Shown here one piece after another: positions 50,301-61,136 of a stretch of 64,000 bases of DNA. Source of the stretch: Eledone cirrhosa (lineage: Eukaryota); contig OZ024744.1 in assembly GCA_964016885.1 (NCBI GenBank), positions 129,270,001 to 129,334,000 of the forward strand, written 5' to 3'. Each line of letters opens with the position of its first letter. Position 1 is the first letter of the stretch. The notes under the pieces are model-generated. The model was given only the letters and a program-made list of their open reading frames with translations. It made no database searches and was not told the DNA's origin. The position numbers and the translations under genes are program-made.

Positions 50301-52379
50301 TGGGGTTAAGTTAAGTTGGGGTTAAGTTAAGTTGGGGTTAAGTTAAGTTGCGGTTAAGTTAAGTTGATGTTAAGTTAAGTTGGGGTTAAGTTAAGTTGGG
50401 GTTAAGTTAAGTTGGGGCTAAGTTAAGTTGGGGCTAAGTTAAGTTGGGGCTAAGTTAAGTTGGGGTTAAGTTAAGGTGGGGTTAAGTTAAGTTGGGGTCA
50501 ACTTAAGTTGGGGTTAAGTTATGTTGGGGTTAAGTTAAGTTGGGGTTAAGTTAAGTTGGGGTTACATTAAGTTGGGGGTAAGTTAAGTTGGTGGTAAGTT
50601 AAGTTGGGGGTAAGTTAAGTTGGGGTTAAGTTAGGTTGGTGTTAATTTAAGTTGGGGGTAAGTTAAGTTGGGGGTAAGTTAAGTTGGTGTTAAGTTAAGT
50701 TGGGGTTAAGTTAAGTTGGGGTTAAGTTAAGTTGGGGTTAAGTTAAGTTGGGGCTGAGTTAAGTTGGGATTACGTTAAGTTCGGGTTAAGTTAAGTTGGT
50801 GTTAAGTTAAGTTGGGGCTGAGTTAAGTTGGGGCTAAGTTAAGTTGGGTCTAAGTTAAGTTGGGGTTAAGTTAAGTTGGGGTTAAGTTAAGTTGGTGTTA
50901 AATTAAGTTGGGGTTAAGTTAAGTTGGTGTTAAGTTAAGTTGGGGTTAAGTTAAGTTGGGGTTAATTAAGATGGGGTTAAGTTAAGTTGGGGTTAAGTTA
51001 ATTGGGGTTAAATTAAGTTAGGGTTGAGTTAACTTGGGGTTAAGTTAAGGTGGGGTTAAGTTAAGTTGGGGTCAACTTAAGTTGGGGTTAAGTTAAGTTG
51101 GGGTTAAGTTAAGTTGGGGTTAAGTTAAGTTGGGGTTAAGTTAAGTTGGGGTTACGTTAAGTTGGGGGTAAGTTAAGTTGGTGGTAAGTTAAGATGGGGT
51201 TAAGTTAAGTTGGGGTTAATTTAATTTGGGGTTAAGTTAAGTTAGGGTTAAGTTAAGTTGGGGTTATGTTAAGTTGGGGTTAAGTTAAGTTGGGGTTAAG
51301 TTAAGTTGGGGTTCAATTAAGTTGGGGTTAAGTTAAGTTGGGGGTAAGATAAGTTGGGGTTAGTTAAGTTGGGGTTAAGTTAAGTTGGGGTTAAGTTAAG
51401 TTGGGGTTAAGTTAAGTTGGGGTTAAATTAAGTTAGGGTTGAGTTAAGTTGGGGTTAAGTTAAGGTGGGGTTAAGTTAAGTTGGGGTCAACTTAAGTTGG
51501 GGTTAAGTTAAGTTGGGGTTAAGTTAAGTTGGGGGTAAGATAAGTTGGGGTTAGTTAAGTTGGGGTTAAGTTAAGTTGGGGTTAAGTTAAGTTGGGGTTA
51601 AGTTACGTTGGGGTTAAGTTAAGTTGGGGTTAAGTTAAGTTGGGGTTAATTTAAGTTGGGGTTAATTTAAGTTGGGGTTAAGTTAAGTTGGGGTTAAGTT
51701 AAGTTGGGGTAAAGTTAAGTTGGGGGTAAGTTAAGTTGGGGTTAAGTTAAGTTGGGGTTAAGTTGGGGTTAAGTTAAGTTAGGGTTAACTTAAGTTGGGG
51801 TTGTGTTAAGTGGTGGTTATGTTAAGTGGTGGTTATGTTAAGTTGGGGTTAAGTTAAATTGGGGTTAAGTTAGGTTGCGGTTAAGTTAAGTTGGGGTTAA
51901 GTTAAGTTGGGGTTAAGTTAATTAGGGTTAAGTTAAGTTGGGGTTAAGTTAAGTTGGGGTTAAGTTAATTTGTTGTTAAGTTAAGTTGGGGTTAAGTTAA
52001 GTTGGGGTTAAGTTAAGTTGGGGATAAGTTAAGTTGGGGATAAGTTAAGTTGGGGTTAATTAAGTTGGGTTTAAGTTAAGTTGGGGTTAAGTTAAGTTGG
52101 GGTTAAGTTAAGTTGGGGTTAAGTTAAGTTGGTTAGTTAAGTTGAGTTTAAGTTAAGTTGGGGTTAATTTAAGTTGGGGTTAAGTTAAGTTGGGGTTAAT
52201 TTAAGTTGGGATTAATTTAAGTTGGGGTTAAGTTAAGTTGGGGTTCAGTTAAGTTGGGGTTAAGTTAAGTTGGGGTTAAGTTGGGGTAAAATTAAGTTGG
52301 GGTTAAGTTAAGTTGGGGTTAAGTTAAGTTGGGGTTAAGTTAAGTTGCGGTTAAGTTAAGTTGAGGTTAAGTTAAGTTG
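47342..52379 (+). repeat. Tandem duplication of a ~2.52-kb block
   Basis: GGGGTGAATTT variant G at 47410/49929 and TTGCGG C at 49829/52348 (both offset 2519). Confidence 0.88.
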
Positions 52380-55300
52380 GAGTTAAGTTAAGTTGGGGTT
52401 AAGTTAAGTTGGGGCTAAGTTAAGTTGGGGCTAAGTTAAGTTGGGGCTAAGTTAAGTTGGGGTTAAGTTAACTTTGGGTTAAGTTAAGTTGGGTTTGAGT
52501 TAAGTTGGGGTTAATTAAGTTGGGGTTAAGTTAAGTTGGGGTTAATTTAAGTTGGGGTTATGTTAAGTTGGGGTTAAGTTAAGTTGGGGTTCAATTAAGT
52601 TGCGGTTAATTTAAGTTGGGGTTAAGTTAAGTTGGGGTTAAGTTAAGTTGGGGTTAAGTTAAGTTGGGGTTAAATTAAGTTGGGGTTAAATTAAGTTGGG
52701 GTTAAGTTAAGTTGGGGTTATGTTAAGTTGGTGTTAAGTTAAGTTGGGGTTAAGTTAAGTTGGGGTTAAGTTAGGTTGGTGTTAATTTAAGTTGGGGGTA
52801 AGTTAAGCTGGGGGTAAGTTAAGTTGGTGTTAAGTTAAGTTGGGGTTAAGTTAAGTTGGGGTTAAGTTAAGTTGGGGTTAAGTTAGGGTCGAGTTAAGTT
52901 GGGGTTAAGTTAAGTTGGGGTTAAGTTAAGTTGGGGTTAATTTAATTTGTGGTTAAGTTAAGTTGGGGTTAAGTTAAGTTGGGGTTGAGTTAAGCTGGGG
53001 TTAAGTTAAGTTGAGGTTAAAGTTAAGTAGGGGTTAAATTATGTTGGGGTTAAGTTAAGTTGGGGTTAAGTTAAGTTGGGGTTAAGTTAAGTTGGGGATA
53101 AGTTAAGTTGGGGATAAGTTAAGTTGGGGTTAATTAAGTTGGGGTTAAGTTAAGTTGGGGTTAAGTTAAGTTGGTTAGTTAAGTTGAGTTTAAGTTAAGT
53201 TGGGCTTAATTTAAGTTGGGGTTAAGTTAAGTTGGGGTTAAGTTAAGTTGGGGTTAAGTTAAGTTGGGGTTAAGTTAAGTTGGGGTTCATTCAAGTTGGG
53301 GTTAAGTTAAGTTGGGGTTAAGTTGGGGTAAAATTAAGTTGGGGTTAAGTTAAGTTGGGGTTAAGTTAAGTTGGGGTTAAGTTAAGTTGGGGTTAAGTTA
53401 AGTTGCGGTTAAGTTAAGTTGAGGTTAAGTTAAGTTGGGGTTAAGTTAAGTTGGGGTTAATTTAAGTTGGGGCTAAGTTAAGTTGGGGCTAAGTTAAGTT
53501 GGGGCTAAGTTAAGTTGGGGTTAAGTTAACTTTGGGTTAAGTTAAGTTGGGTTTGAGTTAAGTTGGGGTTAATTAAGTTGGGGTTAAGTTAAGTTGGGGT
53601 TAAGTTAAGTTGTGGTTAAGTTAAGTTGGGGTTAAGTTAAGTTGCGGTTAAGTTAAGTTGATGTTAAGTTAAGTTGGGGTTAAGTTAAGTTGGGGTTAAG
53701 TTAAGTTGGGGCTAAGTTAAGTTGGGGTTAAGTTAAGTTGGGGCTAAGTTAAGTTGGGGTTAAGTTAAGGTGGGGTTAAGTTAAGTTGGGGTCAACTTAA
53801 GTTGGGGTTAAGTTATGTTGGGGTTAAGTTAAGTTGGGGTTAAGTTAAGTTGGGGTTACATTAAGTTGGGGGTAAGTTAAGTTGGTGGTAAGTTAAGTTG
53901 GGGGTAAGTTAAGATGGGGTTAAGTTAAGTTGGGGTTAATTTAATTTGGGGTTAAGTTAAGTTAGGGTTAAGTTAAGTTGGGGTTATGTTAAGTTGGGGT
54001 TAAGTTAAGTTGGGGTTAAGTTAAGTTGGGGTTCAATTAAGTTGCGGTTAATTTAAGTTGGGTTTAAGTTAAGTTGGGGTTAAGTTAAGTTGGGGTTATG
54101 TTAAGTTGGTGTTAAGTTAAGTTGGGGATAAGTTAAGTTGGGGTTAAGTTAAGTTGGGGTTAAGTTAGGTTGGTGTTAAGTTAAGTTGGCGGTAAGTTAA
54201 GTTGGGGTTAAGTAAAGTTAGGGCTAAGTTAAGTTGGGGTTAAGTTAAGTTGGGGTTAATTTAAGTTGGGGTTACATTAAGTTGAGGTTAAGTTAAGTTG
54301 GGGTTAAGTTAAGTTGGGTTTAAGTTAAGTTGGGGCTAAGTTAAGTTAGGGCTAAGTTAAGTTGGGGCTGAGTTAAGTTGGGGTTAATTTAAGTTGGGTT
54401 TAAGTTAAGTTGGGGTTAAGTTAAGTTGGGGTTATGTTAAGTTGGTGTTAAGTTAAGTTGGGGTTAAGTTAAGTTGGGGTTAAGTTAAGTTGGGGTTAAG
54501 TTAGGTTGGTGTTAAGTTAAGTTGGCGGTAAGTTAAGTTGGCGGTAAGTTAAGTTGGTGTTAAGTTATGTTGGGGTTAAGTTAAGTTGGGGTTAAGTTAA
54601 GTTGGGTTTAAGTTAAGTTGGGGCTAAGTTAAGTTAGGGCTAAGTTAAGTTGGGGTTAAGTAAAGTTAGGGCTAAGTTAAGTTGGGGTTAAGTTAAGTTG
54701 GGGTTAATTTAAGTTGGGGTTACATTAAGTTGAGGTTAAGTTAAGTTGGGGTTAAGTTAAGTTGGGTTTAAGTTAAGTTGGGGCTAAGTTAAGTTAGGGC
54801 TAAGTTAAGTTGGGGCTGAGTTAAGTTGGGGTTAAGTTAAGTTGGGGTTGAGTTAAGTTGGGGTTAAGTTAAGTTGGGGTTAAGTTAAGTTGGGGTTAAG
54901 TTAAGTTGGGGCTGAGTTAAGTTGGGATTACGTTAAGTTGGGGTTAAGGTAAGTTGGGGTTAAGTTAAGTTCGGGTTAAGTTAAGTTGGTGTTAAGTTAA
55001 GTTGGGGCTGAGTTAAGTTGGGGCTAAGTTAAGTTGGGTCTAAGTTAAGTTGGGGTTAAGTTAAGTTGGGGTTAAGTTAAGTTGGTGTTAAATTAAGTTG
55101 GGGTTAAGTTAAGTTGGTGTTAAGTTAAGTTGGGGTTAAGTTAAGTTGGGGTTAATTAAGTTGGGGTTAAGTTAAGTTGGGGTTAAGTTAATTGGGGTTA
55201 AATTAAGTTAGGGTTGAGTTAAGTTGGGGTTAAGTTAAGGTGGGGTTAAGTTAAGTTGGGGTCAACTTAAGTTGGGGTTAAGTTAAGTTGGGGTTAAGTT

Positions 55301-58300
55301 AAGTTGGGGTTAAGTTAAGTTGGGGTTAAGTTAAGTTGGGGTTACGTTAAGTTGGGGGTAAGTTAAGTTGGTGGTAAGTTAAGATGGGGTTAAGTTAAGT
55401 TGGGGTTAATTTAATTTGGGGTTAAGTTAAGTTAGGGTTAAGTTAAGTTGGGGTTATGTTAAGTTGGGGTTAAGTTAAGTTGCGGTTAAGTTAAGTTGAG
55501 GTTAAGTTAAGTTGGGGTTAAGTTAAGTTGGGGTTAAGTTAAGTTGGGGTTAAGTTAAGTTGGGGTTAAGTTAAGTTGGGGTGAATTTAAGTTGGGGTTA
55601 ATTTAAGTTGGGGTTAAGTTAAGTTGGGGTTAAGTTAAGTTGGGGTAAAGTTAAGTTGGGGGTAAGTTAAGTTGGGGTTAAGTTAAGTTGGGGTTAAGTT
55701 GGGGTTAAGTTAAGTTAGGGTTAACTTAAGTTGGGGTTGTGTTAAGTGGTGGTTATGTTAAGTGGTGGTTATGTTAAGTTGGGGTTAAGTTAAATTGGGG
55801 TTAAGTTAGGTTGCGGTTAAGTTAAGTTGGGGTTAAGTTAAGTTGGGGTTAAGTTAATTAGGGTTAAGTTAAGTTGGGGTTAAGTTAAGTTGGGGTTAAG
55901 TTAATTTGTTGTTAAGTTAAGTTGGGGTTAAGTTAAGTTGGGGTTAAGTTAAGTTGGGGTTAAGTTAAGTTGGGGTTAAGTTAAGTTGGGGTTAAGTTAA
56001 GTTGCGGTTAAGTTAAGTTGATGTTAAGTTAAGTTGGGGTTAAGTTAAGTTGGGGTTAAGTTAAGTTGGGGCTAAGTTAAGTTGGGGCTAAGTTAAGTTG
56101 GGGCTAAGTTAAGTTGGGGTTAAGTTAAGGTGGGGTTAAGTTAAGTTGGGGTCAACTTAAGTTGGGGTTAAGTTATGTTGGGGTTAAGTTAAGTTGGGGT
56201 TAAGTTAAGTTGGGGTTACATTAAGTTGGGGGTAAGTTAAGTTGGTGGTAAGTTAAGTTGGGGGTAAGTTAAGTTGGGGTTAAGTTAGGTTGGTGTTAAT
56301 TTAAGTTGGGGGTAAGTTAAGTTGGGGGTAAGTTAAGTTGGTGTTAAGTTAAGTTGGGGTTAAGTTAAGTTGGGGTTAAGTTAAGTTGGGGTTAAGTTAA
56401 GTTGGGGCTGAGTTAAGTTGGGATTACGTTAAGTTCGGGTTAAGTTAAGTTGGTGTTAAGTTAAGTTGGGGCTGAGTTAAGTTGGGGCTAAGTTAAGTTG
56501 GGTCTAAGTTAAGTTGGGGTTAAGTTAAGTTGGGGTTAAGTTAAGTTGGTGTTAAATTAAGTTGGGGTTAAGTTAAGTTGGTGTTAAGTTAAGTTGGGGT
56601 TAAGTTAAGTTGGGGTTAATTAAGATGGGGTTAAGTTAAGTTGGGGTTAAGTTAATTGGGGTTAAATTAAGTTAGGGTTGAGTTAACTTGGGGTTAAGTT
56701 AAGGTGGGGTTAAGTTAAGTTGGGGTCAACTTAAGTTGGGGTTAAGTTAAGTTGGGGTTAAGTTAAGTTGGGGTTAAGTTAAGTTGGGGTTAAGTTAAGT
56801 TGGGGTTACGTTAAGTTGGGGGTAAGTTAAGTTGGTGGTAAGTTAAGATGGGGTTAAGTTAAGTTGGGGTTAATTTAATTTGGGGTTAAGTTAAGTTAGG
56901 GTTAAGTTAAGTTGGGGTTATGTTAAGTTGGGGTTAAGTTAAGTTGGGGTTAAGTTAAGTTGGGGTTCAATTAAGTTGGGGTTAAGTTAAGTTGGGGGTA
57001 AGATAAGTTGGGGTTAGTTAAGTTGGGGTTAAGTTAAGTTGGGGTTAAGTTAAGTTGGGGTTAAGTTAAGTTGGGGTTAAATTAAGTTAGGGTTGAGTTA
57101 AGTTGGGGTTAAGTTAAGGTGGGGTTAAGTTAAGTTGGGGTCAACTTAAGTTGGGGTTAAGTTAAGTTGGGGTTAAGTTAAGTTGGGGGTAAGATAAGTT
57201 GGGGTTAGTTAAGTTGGGGTTAAGTTAAGTTGGGGTTAAGTTAAGTTGGGGTTAAGTTACGTTGGGGTTAAGTTAAGTTGGGGTTAAGTTAAGTTGGGGT
57301 TAATTTAAGTTGGGGTTAATTTAAGTTGGGGTTAAGTTAAGTTGGGGTTAAGTTAAGTTGGGGTAAAGTTAAGTTGGGGGTAAGTTAAGTTGGGGTTAAG
57401 TTAAGTTGGGGTTAAGTTGGGGTTAAGTTAAGTTAGGGTTAACTTAAGTTGGGGTTGTGTTAAGTGGTGGTTATGTTAAGTGGTGGTTATGTTAAGTTGG
57501 GGTTAAGTTAAATTGGGGTTAAGTTAGGTTGCGGTTAAGTTAAGTTGGGGTTAAGTTAAGTTGGGGTTAAGTTAATTAGGGTTAAGTTAAGTTGGGGTTA
57601 AGTTAAGTTGGGGTTAAGTTAATTTGTTGTTAAGTTAAGTTGGGGTTAAGTTAAGTTGGGGTTAAGTTAAGTTGGGGATAAGTTAAGTTGGGGATAAGTT
57701 AAGTTGGGGTTAATTAAGTTGGGTTTAAGTTAAGTTGGGGTTAAGTTAAGTTGGGGTTAAGTTAAGTTGGGGTTAAGTTAAGTTGGTTAGTTAAGTTGAG
57801 TTTAAGTTAAGTTGGGGTTAATTTAAGTTGGGGTTAAGTTAAGTTGGGGTTAATTTAAGTTGGGATTAATTTAAGTTGGGGTTAAGTTAAGTTGGGGTTC
57901 AGTTAAGTTGGGGTTAAGTTAAGTTGGGGTTAAGTTGGGGTAAAATTAAGTTGGGGTTAAGTTAAGTTGGGGTTAAGTTAAGTTGGGGTTAAGTTAAGTT
58001 GCGGTTAAGTTAAGTTGAGGTTAAGTTAAGTTGGAGTTAAGTTAAGTTGGGGTTAAGTTAAGTTGGGGCTAAGTTAAGTTGGGGCTAAGTTAAGTTGGGG
58101 CTAAGTTAAGTTGGGGTTAAGTTAACTTTGGGTTAAGTTAAGTTGGGTTTGAGTTAAGTTGGGGTTAATTAAGTTGGGGTTAAGTTAAGTTGGGGTTAAT
58201 TTAAGTTGGGGTTATGTTAAGTTGGGGTTAAGTTAAGTTGGGGTTCAATTAAGTTGCGGTTAATTTAAGTTGGGGTTAAGTTAAGTTGGGGTTAAGTTAA

Positions 58301-61136
58301 GTTGGGGTTAAGTTAAGTTGGGGTTAAATTAAGTTGGGGTTAAATTAAGTTGGGGTTAAGTTAAGTTGGGGTTATGTTAAGTTGGTGTTAAGTTAAGTTG
58401 GGGTTAAGTTAAGTTGGGGTTAAGTTAGGTTGGTGTTAATTTAAGTTGGGGGTAAGTTAAGCTGGGGGTAAGTTAAGTTGGTGTTAAGTTAAGTTGGGGT
58501 TAAGTTAAGTTGGGGTTAAGTTAAGTTGGGGTTAAGTTAGGGTCGAGTTAAGTTGGGGTTAAGTTAAGTTGGGGTTAAGTTAAGTTGGGGTTAATTTAAT
58601 TTGTGGTTAAGTTAAGTTGGGGTTAAGTTAAGTTGGGGTTGAGTTAAGCTGGGGTTAAGTTAAGTTGAGGTTAAAGTTAAGTAGGGGTTAAATTATGTTG
58701 GGGTTAAGTTAAGTTGGGGTTAAGTTAAGTTGGGGTTAAGTTAAGTTGGGGATAAGTTAAGTTGGGGATAAGTTAAGTTGGGGTTAATTAAGTTGGGGTT
58801 AAGTTAAGTTGGGGTTAAGTTAAGTTGGTTAGTTAAGTTGAGTTTAAGTTAAGTTGGGCTTAATTTAAGTTGGGGTTAAGTTAAGTTGGGGTTAAGTTAA
58901 GTTGGGGTTAAGTTAAGTTGGGGTTAAGTTAAGTTGGGGTTCATTCAAGTTGGGGTTAAGTTAAGTTGGGGTTAAGTTGGGGTAAAATTAAGTTGGGGTT
59001 AAGTTAAGTTGGGGTTAAGTTAAGTTGGGGTTAAGTTAAGTTGGGGTTAAGTTAAGTTGCGGTTAAGTTAAGTTGAGGTTAAGTTAAGTTGGGGTTAAGT
59101 TAAGTTGGGGTTAATTTAAGTTGGGGCTAAGTTAAGTTGGGGCTAAGTTAAGTTGGGGCTAAGTTAAGTTGGGGTTAAGTTAACTTTGGGTTAAGTTAAG
59201 TTGGGTTTGAGTTAAGTTGGGGTTAATTAAGTTGGGGTTAAGTTAAGTTGGGGTTAAGTTAAGTTGTGGTTAAGTTAAGTTGGGGTTAAGTTAAGTTGCG
59301 GTTAAGTTAAGTTGATGTTAAGTTAAGTTGGGGTTAAGTTAAGTTGGGGTTAAGTTAAGTTGGGGCTAAGTTAAGTTGGGGTTAAGTTAAGTTGGGGCTA
59401 AGTTAAGTTGGGGTTAAGTTAAGGTGGGGTTAAGTTAAGTTGGGGTCAACTTAAGTTGGGGTTAAGTTATGTTGGGGTTAAGTTAAGTTGGGGTTAAGTT
59501 AAGTTGGGGTTACATTAAGTTGGGGGTAAGTTAAGTTGGTGGTAAGTTAAGTTGGGGGTAAGTTAAGATGGGGTTAAGTTAAGTTGGGGTTAATTTAATT
59601 TGGGGTTAAGTTAAGTTAGGGTTAAGTTAAGTTGGGGTTATGTTAAGTTGGGGTTAAGTTAAGTTGGGGTTAAGTTAAGTTGGGGTTCAATTAAGTTGCG
59701 GTTAATTTAAGTTGGGTTTAAGTTAAGTTGGGGTTAAGTTAAGTTGGGGTTATGTTAAGTTGGTGTTAAGTTAAGTTGGGGATAAGTTAAGTTGGGGTTA
59801 AGTTAAGTTGGGGTTAAGTTAGGTTGGTGTTAAGTTAAGTTGGCGGTAAGTTAAGTTGGGGTTAAGTAAAGTTAGGGCTAAGTTAAGTTGGGGTTAAGTT
59901 AAGTTGGGGTTAATTTAAGTTGGGGTTACATTAAGTTGAGGTTAAGTTAAGTTGGGGTTAAGTTAAGTTGGGTTTAAGTTAAGTTGGGGCTAAGTTAAGT
60001 TAGGGCTAAGTTAAGTTGGGGCTGAGTTAAGTTGGGGTTAATTTAAGTTGGGTTTAAGTTAAGTTGGGGTTAAGTTAAGTTGGGGTTATGTTAAGTTGGT
60101 GTTAAGTTAAGTTGGGGTTAAGTTAAGTTGGGGTTAAGTTAAGTTGGGGTTAAGTTAGGTTGGTGTTAAGTTAAGTTGGCGGTAAGTTAAGTTGGCGGTA
60201 AGTTAAGTTGGTGTTAAGTTATGTTGGGGTTAAGTTAAGTTGGGGTTAAGTTAAGTTGGGTTTAAGTTAAGTTGGGGCTAAGTTAAGTTAGGGCTAAGTT
60301 AAGTTGGGGTTAAGTAAAGTTAGGGCTAAGTTAAGTTGGGGTTAAGTTAAGTTGGGGTTAATTTAAGTTGGGGTTACATTAAGTTGAGGTTAAGTTAAGT
60401 TGGGGTTAAGTTAAGTTGGGTTTAAGTTAAGTTGGGGCTAAGTTAAGTTAGGGCTAAGTTAAGTTGGGGCTGAGTTAAGTTGGGGTTAAGTTAAGTTGGG
60501 GTTGAGTTAAGTTGGGGTTAAGTTAAGTTGGGGTTAAGTTAAGTTGGGGTTAAGTTAAGTTGGGGCTGAGTTAAGTTGGGATTACGTTAAGTTGGGGTTA
60601 AGGTAAGTTGGGGTTAAGTTAAGTTCGGGTTAAGTTAAGTTGGTGTTAAGTTAAGTTGGGGCTGAGTTAAGTTGGGGCTAAGTTAAGTTGGGTCTAAGTT
60701 AAGTTGGGGTTAAGTTAAGTTGGGGTTAAGTTAAGTTGGTGTTAAATTAAGTTGGGGTTAAGTTAAGTTGGTGTTAAGTTAAGTTGGGGTTAAGTTAAGT
60801 TGGGGTTAATTAAGTTGGGGTTAAGTTAAGTTGGGGTTAAGTTAATTGGGGTTAAATTAAGTTAGGGTTGAGTTAAGTTGGGGTTAAGTTAAGGAGGGGT
60901 TAAGTTAAGTTGGGGTCAACTTAAGTTGGGGTTAAGTTAAGTTGGGGTTAAGTTAAGTTGGGGTTAAGTTAAGTTGGGGTTAAGTTAAGTTGGGGTTACG
61001 TTAAGTTGGGGGTAAGTTAAGTTGGTGGTAAGTTAAGATGGGGTTAAGTTAAGTTGGGGTTAATTTAATTTGGGGTTAAGTTAAGTTAGGGTTAAGTTAA
61101 GTTGGGGTTATGTTAAGTTGGGGTTAAGTTAAGTTG
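49805..61136 (+). repeat. Tandem duplication of a ~5.65-kb block (~49805-55470 and ~55470-61136)
   Basis: GGGGTGAATTT at 49929/55583, GGTCGAG C at 52890/58544 and TTCATTCAAG C at 53288/58942, all at offset 5654. One visible difference: AAGGTGGGG near 55240 versus AAGGAGGGG near 60895. Confidence 0.92.
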
